From Alphaproteobacteria bacterium (lineage in GTDB: Bacteria; Pseudomonadota; Alphaproteobacteria; JASGCL01), in NCBI GenBank assembly GCA_965203915.1, contig OZ241918.1, positions 268,613-332,612 on the forward strand: 64,000 nucleotides of DNA, written 5' to 3'. Shown piece by piece: positions 29,008-39,087 of this stretch. The translations under genes and the position numbers were made by a program. Positions within the stretch are counted from its first letter, which is position 1, and every line of letters begins with the position of its first letter. Under the pieces are notes generated by a model. That model worked only from the letters and a program-made list of their open reading frames with translations. It did no database searches and was not told where the DNA came from.

Positions 29008-29238
29008 CTATTGCATGTGATGTCGATGTCGATGTTGGTGTCGCCAGCGGCAAGAATCATGGCAACAACAATCACGGTCAATCATTTCTTCGCATTTTTC
29101 TATTGTTTTTTGTTGTGCGGGCGTTAATAAATCTTCGTCCATTTTCATTAACCTATCGCATTGGGCTTTCATGTTGTCAGCCGAAGCATTGGCGACAAGA
29201 ACCAAAGCAATAGCTGGCATGAGAGATAATTTTTTCAT
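29008..29238 (-). CDS. Small secreted two-cysteine peptide, diverged copy 5. The C-terminus reads through into a degenerate remnant of another copy (Cys/His-rich tail).
   Basis: MKKLSLMPAIALVLVANASA|DNMKAQCDRLMKMDEDLLTPAQQKTIEKCEEM followed by IDRDCCCHDSCRWRHQHRHRHHMQ; the 28960-29100 region is a decayed copy. Confidence 0.5.
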   Translation of the reverse strand: MKKLSLMPAIALVLVANASADNMKAQCDRLMKMDEDLLTPAQQKTIEKCEEMIDRDCCCHDSCRWRHQHRHRHHMQ

Positions 29239-29445
29239 GAGGTATATTTCTTATAGTTTTGCTAAGATTATGACGAATGACAAGTTTATCATTCGGATAA
29301 GTTATGCAAGTTAATTTTTGAAGCACAGCAAGTTATGCTATCACTGATTTACTAACCATTATAAAATATTGGAAAATAAAAAAGGCATCTGTTTTAAGAA
29401 AAAACAGATGCCTTCAAAAATAAACTTTTTGCTAGAAGTTAAATA

Positions 29446-29631
29446 TTATAGTTTTGCTTTTTTGCAATCTTCTAAATATTTTTTATCTTCTGGAGTCATG
29501 GTGGTTGTGCCAGCAGTATCCAATAGTTTCAATTGGTCGCACTTGGCTTTGTCAACCTTGGCAGCTTGGGCAGCAACCGCGGATGAAGTGATAATAAAGG
29601 TCAGAGCTAAAAGAGCAAAGATTTTTTTCAT
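29446..29631 (-). CDS. Small secreted two-cysteine peptide, diverged copy 6 (61 aa).
   Basis: MKKIFALLALTFIITSSAVA|AQAAKVDKAKCDQLKLLDTAGTTTMTPEDKKYLEDCKKAKL; same C-D-K/Q-L-x-x-x-D ... K/D-C-K/E-K architecture. Confidence 0.55.
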   Translation of the reverse strand: MKKIFALLALTFIITSSAVAAQAAKVDKAKCDQLKLLDTAGTTTMTPEDKKYLEDCKKAKL

Positions 29632-30065
29632 GTTCGTTTCTCCTTTCATGAGTAAAAACGATTGTAAATAAAAAATGTTCCAAACATTATTGTCTGGAAC
29701 ATTTTCGAATATAAACTCTTTTCTTTTTAAGGTCAAGCAAAGTAGGAAATTTTTTTTATTAAATCGAAATTTTAAAAAAATTTTGCATTTTTAGACAAAA
29801 AATAGATATTTATTCTTGAATTTCCTCGATTCGCTACTTTCTATTTACTTAATTACTATTTGCGCTGTATTTTGCATTTTATTTCTGTTTTTGCTAGGTT
29901 TTTTATCGGTTTTTTATTGGTGATATTACGCGTTTGGATTACGCTTATGGGTGGCGCGCGAAGACAAATTTATGTAGCGAATGGCAAAATGGTGCGGGTT
30001 GGCAACCATGAAAGGGTGGGCGTTGGAAAAAGCCACGCACACAATATTTTTATAGTGTAAAAAAA

Positions 30066-30776
30066 TTAGCCCTTGGTGCGGGGATAGGCGTAAGAATTTA
30101 TTTTGCTGGTGCTAAGCCCAGCGCCGATGATGGCTTCGCACATCTTCACCGCGGTTGCCACACCGTCGATGACGGGCAAGCCGCAGGCCTTGCTCAAATC
30201 CTTGGTCAGGTCGGCCATGCCCGCGCAACCCAATATAATGGCTTCGCAATTATCTTCGCGCACCGCGCGCATGATTTCATCTTTAATTTTTTGTCGGGCT
30301 TCGTCGCCCTTGCGTCCTTCTTCTTCTAATTGTAACACGGGAATATCGGCGGCGCGCACCTTGCGGCAAAAATGCGCCATGCCGTATTTGTGTGCCAATT
30401 CTTCGATAATCGGCACCGACCGTTGCAAAGTTGTCACCACCGAAAAAGACGTTGCCAACATGGAAGCAGCGTGCATCGCCGCTTCGCAAATGCCCAGCAC
30501 GGGCCCCGCAACAATTTCGCGGCAAGCACCAAGCCCAGGATCATCGAAACAGGCCAAGACAAAACCGTTCGCCCCCGCGGCTTCGGCTTTTTTCATTTCG
30601 CGTAACAGGGATGGCAGGCTCATGGCCTCGTCATAATGCCCCTCGATAGAGGCAGGGGTGTCGGTGGGGTTGCTGGCAATAATTTCGGTGCCAGGGTTTT
30701 TTATTTTTTCTGCCACCAAGCGACATTTTTCTGTCATGCTGGCGGTTGAATTGGGGTTGATAATGGCGATTTTCAT
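30066..30776 (-). CDS. Asp/Glu/hydantoin racemase family protein (hydantoin/allantoin racemase-like).
   Basis: MKIAIINPNSTASMTE...GFVLACFDDPGLGACREIVAGPVLGICEAAMH...AIILGCAGMADL closely parallels HyuE-type hydantoin racemases, including the two catalytic-Cys regions. Confidence 0.7.
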   Translation of the reverse strand: MKIAIINPNSTASMTEKCRLVAEKIKNPGTEIIASNPTDTPASIEGHYDEAMSLPSLLREMKKAEAAGANGFVLACFDDPGLGACREIVAGPVLGICEAAMHAASMLATSFSVVTTLQRSVPIIEELAHKYGMAHFCRKVRAADIPVLQLEEEGRKGDEARQKIKDEIMRAVREDNCEAIILGCAGMADLTKDLSKACGLPVIDGVATAVKMCEAIIGAGLSTSKINSYAYPRTKG

Positions 30777-30785
30777 TGTTGAATG

Positions 30786-31505
30786 CTATCCGCCCAAATA
30801 CATTTTTTTGATTTGCGGGTTGTTGCGTAATTTTTTTGATTCGCCGCTCATGGCTATTTCGCCCGTGCTGATAAGGTAAGTGTAGTGGGAAATACTCATG
30901 GCCAATTGCGAATTTTGTTCGACCAACACCACCGACACATTGTCATCGCGATTAATGCTGATGATGGAGCGTGCGATGTCTTGCACCAATTTCGGGGCAA
31001 TGCCCAGTGATGGTTCGTCCAGCAACAATAGTTTGGGACGCGCCATCAGGGCACGGCCAATCACCAACATCTGTTGTTCGCCACCGCTCATGGTCGAGGC
31101 CTGCTGGTTAAAACGTTCTTTGAGGCGCGGAAACTTCACCAACATTTTTTCCAAATCATCGGCAATTCCTTTTTTATCATGCCTTGTGAAAGCGCCCATC
31201 AACAAATTGTCCTTCACCGACATGAATGGAAAAACATGGCGACCCTCGGGCACCATGACGATGCCTTTTTTAACCAAAGTTTCCGCCGCCAGGCCGTTTA
31301 TTTTTTCACCTTGAAAATAAATTTCACCGCTGGCAATGGGGCGAAGCCCCGTGATGGCGCGTAAGGTGGATGATTTCCCCGCGCCGTTTGTTCCTATCAA
31401 GGCGACGGTTTCGCCCGCCTTCACCTCCAGCGATACGCTTTTCAAAGCCCTCACCTTGCCATAATTAAGGATGATATTTTTGATTTCTAAAATATTTTTT
31501 GTCAT
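30786..31505 (-). CDS. ABC transporter ATP-binding protein, LivF-like.
   Basis: Walker A GTNGAGKSST, signature MSGGEQQML, Walker B LLLLDEPS. Confidence 0.85.
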   Translation of the reverse strand: MTKNILEIKNIILNYGKVRALKSVSLEVKAGETVALIGTNGAGKSSTLRAITGLRPIASGEIYFQGEKINGLAAETLVKKGIVMVPEGRHVFPFMSVKDNLLMGAFTRHDKKGIADDLEKMLVKFPRLKERFNQQASTMSGGEQQMLVIGRALMARPKLLLLDEPSLGIAPKLVQDIARSIISINRDDNVSVVLVEQNSQLAMSISHYTYLISTGEIAMSGESKKLRNNPQIKKMYLGG

Positions 31506-31522
31506 GTCTTTGTATTCCTTTT

Positions 31523-32305
31523 TTATATGCCGATGCTATCGTCCTTGACGCCCAGGTAAGCCTCAACAACCCTCTCATTATTTTGAATATCGCGCGGCGA
31601 ACCTTCGGCGATTTTTTCACCAAAGTTTAAAACCACAATACGGTCAGAAATTTGCATCACCGCGTGCATGTCATGCTCGACCAACAAAACCGTGATGCCT
31701 TTTTTTCTAATGGCATAAACCATTTTGACGGCGGCGGCGGTTTCTTCCATATTCATGCCAGCAAATGGTTCATCCAACAGCAAAACTTTTGGCGCGGCCG
31801 ATAACCCAATGGCAATACCCAGGGCGCGTAAATAACCATGGGGCAGGTTAAGGGCAAATTCGTTCGCGACCTTTTCTAACCCGACCAGTTTTAATATCTC
31901 CATCGCCGAATCTTGGAATCGTTTGTTATCCAACCTGGCATTTTTTGAATTGATAAAAAATCCAAACAAATTGGCTTTGGCTTGCAAATGGTGCGCGGTG
32001 ATAACATTATCCAACACCGACATGTTGCGGAATATGGTGGTTTCTTGGAAAGTTCTAATCACGCCGCGCCGCGCCGCCAAATGGGGTGCCAGGCCCGATA
32101 TGCGTTTGCCTTCAAAAATAACCTGGCCCGAGGTTGGCAATAAAAATGAAGAAATAAGTTTAAACAATGTCGATTTCCCCGCCCCGTTGGGACCAATCAC
32201 CGACAGGATTTCGTTCTTTTTCACATCGAACGAAATTTTATTGACCGCGGTCAAACCACCAAATTTTTTGGTAATTTCTTTAACGCTAAAAAATTCGCCG
32301 CTCAT
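31523..32305 (-). CDS. ABC transporter ATP-binding protein, LivG-like.
   Basis: GPNGAGKSTLF, LLLDEPFAGMN, C-terminal LivG-type extension. Confidence 0.85.
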   Translation of the reverse strand: MSGEFFSVKEITKKFGGLTAVNKISFDVKKNEILSVIGPNGAGKSTLFKLISSFLLPTSGQVIFEGKRISGLAPHLAARRGVIRTFQETTIFRNMSVLDNVITAHHLQAKANLFGFFINSKNARLDNKRFQDSAMEILKLVGLEKVANEFALNLPHGYLRALGIAIGLSAAPKVLLLDEPFAGMNMEETAAAVKMVYAIRKKGITVLLVEHDMHAVMQISDRIVVLNFGEKIAEGSPRDIQNNERVVEAYLGVKDDSIGI

Positions 32306-33415
32306 TTATTTTTTCCCCCTTGTCGATGTTGTCGATGTTTTTTTGGATTTTTTATTCTTACTCTTCGCGCCCGACAGCCCTGTATTACTTTGCATCATCT
32401 CGGTGCTTTCTTTACGTTCGCGGCGCGCGTTTAATAATTCAGACCAACTAATTGACAACAAGCCATTGGGTAAAAATAACATCAGCGATATCATCATGGT
32501 GGCGTAGATAAACAATTGATAATCACCCATGACCGACAACCAATCCCATGCAAAATAAAGCGCGCTGGCCCCGATGATGGGACCAAACACATTGCCCAAA
32601 CCACCCACGAAGCAATAGAGCATGAAATCAACCGAATCCTTCACCACGAAGGCGGAGGGAGAAATGGATTGCAAATGAGCAATGAATATCGCCCCGCCAA
32701 CCCCGCCAAGGAATGACGAAATAGCATAAGAAATAAGGCGGAGGCGCGCCACATCAACCCCGATGGAACTTGCCAATTCTTCGTTTTGCTGTAACGACCG
32801 CGACAAAATGCCTTGGCGCGAATGCACCAAGCGATACATCAATAAAATAGCAATAAGCAGCACGATAACCGCCAAATAATAAAACCCAACCTTAACATCG
32901 GGCAGGGTGGCAAAATCAGGAAACAATGTCACACCAAAAATGGTAAGGGCACTGGGGGTGGGCAAACCCGTGATGCCTTGCGATGAACCGGTAAAACGCT
33001 GCATGGTTTGCGATAAAGCCAACAGGGTGGTGACCTGGGTCAGGGTGAGGGACACCATGGCAAAATAAACCCCGCGCAAACGCAAAATGGGAAAGCCAAT
33101 CAGCAGGCTGATAAAACTGGCGCCCAAACCCGCAAGGGGTAGCGATGCCCAAAAGGAAAAACCCATTTTCGAAACACAATAGGCCGAAATGTAACCGCCC
33201 ATCAAGGCAAATGCCCCTTGGCCAATATTGATACGCCCCATGTAAAAAGTCAACCACACGCCCAGGCTGATAAAACTAAGCAAGGCAATATCTATCAAAT
33301 TGCCCATGACATACCAATTTTTGTCGGCAATCAAAATACTGGGAACGACGAACAAAAACAAAACCACCGTCACAAGGAAGGTAATAAATTTTACATTAAA
33401 AAATATTTTTTTCAT
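32306..33415 (-). CDS. Branched-chain amino acid-type ABC permease, LivM-like, with a K/S/T-rich C-terminal tail.
   Basis: Multi-TM permease; the tail reads KESTEMMQSNTGLSGAKSKNKKSKKTSTTSTRGKK. Confidence 0.8.
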   Translation of the reverse strand: MKKIFFNVKFITFLVTVVLFLFVVPSILIADKNWYVMGNLIDIALLSFISLGVWLTFYMGRINIGQGAFALMGGYISAYCVSKMGFSFWASLPLAGLGASFISLLIGFPILRLRGVYFAMVSLTLTQVTTLLALSQTMQRFTGSSQGITGLPTPSALTIFGVTLFPDFATLPDVKVGFYYLAVIVLLIAILLMYRLVHSRQGILSRSLQQNEELASSIGVDVARLRLISYAISSFLGGVGGAIFIAHLQSISPSAFVVKDSVDFMLYCFVGGLGNVFGPIIGASALYFAWDWLSVMGDYQLFIYATMMISLMLFLPNGLLSISWSELLNARRERKESTEMMQSNTGLSGAKSKNKKSKKTSTTSTRGKK

Positions 33416-33480
33416 GATGATGCTTTGTTGTTAGATAATAATGAATAGATGATGGTGTGGTTGCGTTCAACCCCCCTAGT

Positions 33481-34422
33481 TTAACCCCATGGTTTGCCCA
33501 TCAAACCCTGGGGCCTGATGGATAAAAACACCATCAGGGAAGCAAAAATAATAAAATGGGTTAGGTCGCCAAGCCCAATCAGCGGCAACAATGATAACAA
33601 AACCGATTCCAACATTCCCAAAATAAACCCGCCCCAAATCGCGCCCGATACCACGCCCGCGCCACCAAGCATAACCATGGTGAAGGCCTTGATAGATGTT
33701 GGGTCGCCCAAGCCAGAATTGATACCCGTTACCAAAAACAATAACCCCCCGACCACACCCGCCAAGGCGGCACCAAAGGCAAAACCCAGCATGGTATAAT
33801 GGTCGACATTAACGCCCATTAAGGTGGCGGCCATTTTGTCTTGGGCCAAGGCGCGCATGGCGCGGCCCGTCTTGCTCCATTGCATATACAAAATAAAAGT
33901 AACAATCATTAATATAGAAATACCAGCTATCAACAACCTGTCATAGGCGATGCTAACATTATGGAAATGGAAAATGCCTTCTATCAGGTTTTTGCCGTCG
34001 GGCATCCCCTTTTGCTGTTGGCCAAACATAATCAAAATGACGCTATCAAGCAAAAACGCGGTGCCCGCCGCTAACAACATGGTGCTTTCGTCGCGTTTGG
34101 AACGTTTCATCACGGTGCGGAATAATAATCTTTCGAACAGTGCCCCCACCACCATAAGGACAACAACCGCGCTGAGCAGACCCACCGCAAAAGCCACGGC
34201 AAGCGGCAATTGAAAGGCGGCAAACAAATTTTTCGTTACGGTGTAGGTTACAAAGCCACCCAACACAAACATTTGCCCGTGGGCAAAGTTAAGCACATTC
34301 ATCAAACCAAAGATAAGGGTCAGCCCCAGGGCGATGAGCGCGTATTGCGCCCCCAAATAAAAACCATTGACGATAATTAATTCCATCGCTCGCTGTCTCC
34401 CTCCCTTAATATAGCCCCACAC
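33481..34422 (-). CDS. Branched-chain amino acid-type ABC permease, LivH-like.
   Basis: Hydrophobic 313-aa protein with LivH-like N-terminus MELIIVNGFYLGAQYALIALGLTLIFGLMNVLNFAHG. Confidence 0.8.
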   Translation of the reverse strand: MWGYIKGGRQRAMELIIVNGFYLGAQYALIALGLTLIFGLMNVLNFAHGQMFVLGGFVTYTVTKNLFAAFQLPLAVAFAVGLLSAVVVLMVVGALFERLLFRTVMKRSKRDESTMLLAAGTAFLLDSVILIMFGQQQKGMPDGKNLIEGIFHFHNVSIAYDRLLIAGISILMIVTFILYMQWSKTGRAMRALAQDKMAATLMGVNVDHYTMLGFAFGAALAGVVGGLLFLVTGINSGLGDPTSIKAFTMVMLGGAGVVSGAIWGGFILGMLESVLLSLLPLIGLGDLTHFIIFASLMVFLSIRPQGLMGKPWG

Positions 34423-34582
34423 GTCAAAAATTATTTTGCCTATTCGTGTAAAGCGGCGCGATTGTGCTATATTTTTTTTGATTTGTAAACAATTTTATTT
34501 ATTTTACATAAAATATCCCCCACCATTTCTAAACAAAGTGGTGGGGGATACACATCTTCAAATAAATGTAAGATGATTTTGA

Positions 34583-35782
34583 TTAGTCAACTTTACCAAT
34601 GAAGAGGGTTTTGAAAGACCCGTTTTCATATTGGTTAACCACCATGGGAACAAAAATTTGTTGTTTTTTCCCAAAATACGCTTTGCCGACAAAGGTCATG
34701 GGCGCATTGGTTTTGACAAAGGGATTTTTAACGCTAAATGTTTGAGCAGTTTTTTTGAACTCTGCAACATCGTCAACCGCTTTAGGATTGGCTTTTAAGA
34801 CTTCAACGATATATTCCAAAGCATAGACTTTGGTATTTGATTCGTCGTCATACACGCCAAATTTCTTTTTGTAACGGACAGCAAATTCCTTCATGGTGTC
34901 TGATGCCAATTCGGGGGTGGAAGCACCGCCCAAAGAAATAAAGCCATTCGCCGCTGCGCCCGCGCTTTTTAATTCGTCGGCGTTTTGTGCGGTTTCGGTG
35001 GATAACAATCCTTTGTAGCCCAATTCACGTGCTGATTTGATCAACAATGGGGCGGCCGCGGGGGCAACACCAGAAAGAACAATCAAGTCAGGTTTTTTTT
35101 GCAAGACAGGGCTGATGATAGGATTGAAGTCCGTGGTGCCCGATTTATAAGTCGTTGAACCATCAACCACTTCTAAGCCGAGGCTTTTTGCTGCCGCAAC
35201 ACCACTATCACGTTGTGAAATGGGGTCAGAATCGTTGGCAGCAACAAAAGCGACTTTTTTGACGCCTTTGTTTTTGCTTAACCATTTGTAAATGGTTGGG
35301 CCAGATTCATAATTAGCTATCATAGCTAAATATGCGTTGGAGTCACCCTTGGTGTAAAGTTGTTTGGCAAAAGCGTATGGAAAATACACAATACCGCGTT
35401 TTACAGCCACATCGTAAGCGGGGATAGCACCTTCGTCGGTGTTAGGACCCACAACATAGCGAACGCCTTGGCTCGCCATTTTTTCAAAACCAGCAACAGC
35501 CAATTTTGGATCTTTTTTGTCGTCAAAGGTAACGATGTTGATTTTGTAAGTATCGGCACCAATTTTGACGCCGCCTTTTTCATTTAACCAATCAGCGCGG
35601 GTTTGCATCGAACGAACGTTCGACGTGCCCCATGCCGCGGCAGGACCCGACGTAACGCCGACAAAGCCAATTTTTAGGACTTTATCTGCGGCGGCGGCCA
35701 CCGAGGTCATTGATAAAAGACCGAAAGACAGGGCAAAAGCACTGACCCCCAAACCTTTTACAAAGTTTTTTCTATTTAGCAT
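34583..35782 (-). CDS. Periplasmic substrate-binding protein of the Liv/amide/urea-binding family (Peripla_BP_6).
   Basis: Signal peptide MLNRKNFVKGLGVSAFALSFGLLSMTSVAAA, then KIGFVGVTSGPAAAWG and the type-I PBP fold. It is the first gene of a minus-strand operon: SBP-permease-permease-ATPase-ATPase-racemase. Confidence 0.8.
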   Translation of the reverse strand: MLNRKNFVKGLGVSAFALSFGLLSMTSVAAAADKVLKIGFVGVTSGPAAAWGTSNVRSMQTRADWLNEKGGVKIGADTYKINIVTFDDKKDPKLAVAGFEKMASQGVRYVVGPNTDEGAIPAYDVAVKRGIVYFPYAFAKQLYTKGDSNAYLAMIANYESGPTIYKWLSKNKGVKKVAFVAANDSDPISQRDSGVAAAKSLGLEVVDGSTTYKSGTTDFNPIISPVLQKKPDLIVLSGVAPAAAPLLIKSARELGYKGLLSTETAQNADELKSAGAAANGFISLGGASTPELASDTMKEFAVRYKKKFGVYDDESNTKVYALEYIVEVLKANPKAVDDVAEFKKTAQTFSVKNPFVKTNAPMTFVGKAYFGKKQQIFVPMVVNQYENGSFKTLFIGKVD

Positions 35783-36431
35783 TTTTTTTCTCCTTATATT
35801 GTGAAAGATAATTGCTATTTGTTATCATCGAGAAATTCGAAGTGCCATGTCTTGTAACATTTTTCTCATTTTCTATGTTGTTGCTAGCATGGTGGTTTAT
35901 GCCGCTAATATTTCTATTAGTTTTTCGGAATGACCTACAAATACTATTATAACACGGACTAAGGAAAAGTTTTAGAAAAAGCCTCCCACAACTCTCAATT
36001 TTACTATATCTTAGACTGGATAATATTTTCTTGTCAATATTATTTATTATTATCTAGGGGGGTAAATTTTTGCACATTTTAGTTGCGCAGGCTGTTTTTA
36101 GGCTGTTGCCACTGTTTATAGAAGGTTGATATATATTACAAATCAGCAATAAATAGATAAAATATAGATGATAGGTATCAAGGACAGCATCAACAATCCA
36201 TCACCAAGATAGAATGATGGATAAGATGCCTAGAAACAACATCTACCAACCCTGGATTCTGGCTTGATAGTTTGACTTTTATATGGCTAACTTTTATAGA
36301 CAGGACTGTTGATATTTTATCAGGAGTGTTTATTCTTGCCTTATTTTTTGCCCTTTTCCTCTTCATCCTCCGCTGCTGCGCCAGCCGATGCCTTATCTTC
36401 GACGGGCGTTGAGGCAAATAAAACACAAAAA

Positions 36432-39014
36432 ATGGGTAGTCGCCGCGCCCGTTTGTTGGGGTTATCTTTGTTGCATAGTTTGATAAACCCGCAAGGCGGA
36501 TGGCATGTTGTTAATGGTTTGTTTATAGGTGCCGCAAGCGTGGCGGCGGTGGCGGGCATGATGGCGAGCGAGGCCCATGCCCAAATTGGTGCGCCCGCTG
36601 TGCAAAAACCAGCCATTGACTCCATTCAACCTAATGCGCAACCCAAAAAAGACGATAAAGGCCAGGGTGCGCCGTCAACCCTTCCCATGGGGACGCAAAA
36701 TGTTGCCCCGCCAAGTTTTGGTAACGATGGCGCGCGTAATAATCAAAACACCACGGGCAATATCATCAAAACCGTTCGCGTTCTTGGGGCGCAAAAAATA
36801 GAACCCGCAACCGTGCTGGCTTATTTACCATTTAAAATCGGCGACCGTTGGTCGGATACGCTTGGCAATGATGCGTTGCGTATCCTTAATAACACAGGGT
36901 TGTTTGCTTTGATAACCTTGGAAGAAAACAATGGCGTGGTGACGGTAAAAATTATGGAAAGCCCCGTGATTGACGAAGTTGCCTTCGAAGGTAACAGCGA
37001 AGTGGAAGATAAAGATTTTTTGATGGTGTTGGCGCAGAACAGCAACATCAAACGCCGCGCCATTTATTCGCGCGCCGCGGTGAAAAAGGCGGTTAATATT
37101 ATCCAGCAAGTTTATTTGCAACGCGGTTTTTTCCAAGCCAATGTGTCGCCCAAATTAATAGATATTGGCAACAACCGCGTGCAATTGGTTTTTGAAATCA
37201 ATGAAGGCAGGGCACCAAGGGTTGGCGCGTTTGAATTTTATGGCAACAATAGTTTTTCTGATGGAGCATTGCGCAACAATTTGCTTTCAAGCGTTTATAA
37301 CCCCTTGCGTTTTTTCAGCACCACCGACCGTTATGACCCCAACCGTATCAAGACTGACCAAGATAACTTGCTACGTTTTTATCGCGAAAATGGCTTTGTT
37401 GATGCCGCGGTGACATCCGCCACCACGCAATTAAATAAATCGCGCGAAGATTTCACCATCACCTATTCTATCAAAGAAGGGCCACGTTATCGGGTGGATA
37501 AGATAAACCTAACCAGCAACATCAAACGCATACCGATTGATAAAATGAAAAGTTATATCGCGGTGCGCAAGGGAAATTATTATAAAATATCTTCGGTCGA
37601 AAAAACCGAACGCGATATTGTTCAGGCGTTGCGCGATGATTATAATTACCCATTCATGAGGGTGGTAACCAAAACCGTCACCCACCCCGACACCCAAACG
37701 GTCGATGTATCGTTTGAAGTAGTCCAGGGGCAAAGGCAATATATCAACCGCATTGTTATTCAGGGTAATGGTCGAACGTTGGATAGTATTATTAGGCGCA
37801 AATTATCATTCGCGGAGGGCGACCCGTTGGATGAAGATGCCGTGCGCCGCGGTTTCCAAGCCATTCAAAATACTGGATATTTTAGCAGTGTTGAGCCAAA
37901 ATTGGTCCCCGTGCCTGGCCGCCCCGATAGGGTTGATGTTATCTTGAAGGTGCAGGAAACCTCCACGGGTGCGCTTAATTTCAGCGCGGGTTATTCGACA
38001 AAGGATGGGATTATTTTCGGCGTGACCTTTGGTGAAAATAATTTGCTGGGCACGGCGCGGATATTAAATATCTCGGGACAATTTGCCATTCCTATTACCT
38101 CGGGACAGGGTAAAACCTTTGGACAATCTTACACCATTGCCTACACCGAACCATTTTTGGCGGATAAAGACCTGGCGATGACGACCAGCCTTTATCGCAC
38201 CGTTAACACCAACACCGCCAACTTACTTACGCAAACCCGCACGGGGGGTTCGGTTGGTTTCCGCTTCAATTATAATCGCTACTTCTCGCAATATTTTTAT
38301 TATAATATTTATTATAATCAATTAAGGAACGCGGCGGGCGGTTCGAATGCTGAAGGCAATTTTTTAAACTCTATATTTGGTCAACAGATATCTTATGATA
38401 CGCGCGACAACCCCAACAACCCGCGGTCGGGGTTGTATGCTACCTTTGGCAATGACTTGGCGGGGCTTGGCGGCGACATTTATTACCTGCGCACTTCGGC
38501 CACGGCGGCGGGTTACATGCCTATTGCTATCGGTTTGACCAACGACCCTGTTTTGGCGGTTGGTATCGATGCGGGTTATATTTTCCCCTTTAATAGCAAA
38601 ACAGTTTCGGTTGCCGACCGTTTTTACCTTGGCGGGCAAAACCTACGCGGGTTCCAAGACAATGCCGCAGGCCCCAGCTACACGGGCTTTAATGCCGCGG
38701 GCAATACCGCCCGGGTTTTCGTTGGTGGACGGCAATATTTCACACAAAGCACCGAATTGCGCATCCCGATAGATTTCCTATCCGACCTTGGTGCTAAATT
38801 TATTGTTTTTAATGACATTGGTATTTTGTCCTTGCCCGATGAAAAGGGTTTGGCTGGTATTGCCGACGACGGTGGGTTGCGGGCTTCTTGGGGTCTTGGC
38901 GGCAGTTTTATCACCCCCATTGGTCCTATCGTTATTTCTTGGGCATTTCCTTATAAAAAAGGTCCGAGCGACGTTGTGCAAAATTTCCGTATAGATTTCA
39001 AAAGTAAATTCTAA
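36432..39014 (+). CDS. bamA: Outer membrane protein assembly factor BamA (Omp85). Start set at the internal Met; the N-terminus carries a Gly/Asn/Gln-rich low-complexity segment.
   Basis: POTRA repeats (IIKTVRVLGAQKIEPATVLAYLPFKIGDRW, INRIVIQGNGRTLDSIIRRKL) and a C-terminal 16-strand barrel ending ...RIDFKSKF. Confidence 0.85.
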   Translation: MGSRRARLLGLSLLHSLINPQGGWHVVNGLFIGAASVAAVAGMMASEAHAQIGAPAVQKPAIDSIQPNAQPKKDDKGQGAPSTLPMGTQNVAPPSFGNDGARNNQNTTGNIIKTVRVLGAQKIEPATVLAYLPFKIGDRWSDTLGNDALRILNNTGLFALITLEENNGVVTVKIMESPVIDEVAFEGNSEVEDKDFLMVLAQNSNIKRRAIYSRAAVKKAVNIIQQVYLQRGFFQANVSPKLIDIGNNRVQLVFEINEGRAPRVGAFEFYGNNSFSDGALRNNLLSSVYNPLRFFSTTDRYDPNRIKTDQDNLLRFYRENGFVDAAVTSATTQLNKSREDFTITYSIKEGPRYRVDKINLTSNIKRIPIDKMKSYIAVRKGNYYKISSVEKTERDIVQALRDDYNYPFMRVVTKTVTHPDTQTVDVSFEVVQGQRQYINRIVIQGNGRTLDSIIRRKLSFAEGDPLDEDAVRRGFQAIQNTGYFSSVEPKLVPVPGRPDRVDVILKVQETSTGALNFSAGYSTKDGIIFGVTFGENNLLGTARILNISGQFAIPITSGQGKTFGQSYTIAYTEPFLADKDLAMTTSLYRTVNTNTANLLTQTRTGGSVGFRFNYNRYFSQYFYYNIYYNQLRNAAGGSNAEGNFLNSIFGQQISYDTRDNPNNPRSGLYATFGNDLAGLGGDIYYLRTSATAAGYMPIAIGLTNDPVLAVGIDAGYIFPFNSKTVSVADRFYLGGQNLRGFQDNAAGPSYTGFNAAGNTARVFVGGRQYFTQSTELRIPIDFLSDLGAKFIVFNDIGILSLPDEKGLAGIADDGGLRASWGLGGSFITPIGPIVISWAFPYKKGPSDVVQNFRIDFKSKF

Positions 39015-39087
39015 GTCATTTTATTTTTTATAATTTATCAAAAATAAAAAATTGCATCGGCAAAAAAAATATATTACATAATAACTT

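Noticed and set aside
29860-30060. 66-aa plus-strand ORF in the AT-rich gap before the racemase operon.
   Set aside because: No recognisable domain, poor start context, overlaps the likely promoter/terminator region; treated as non-coding.
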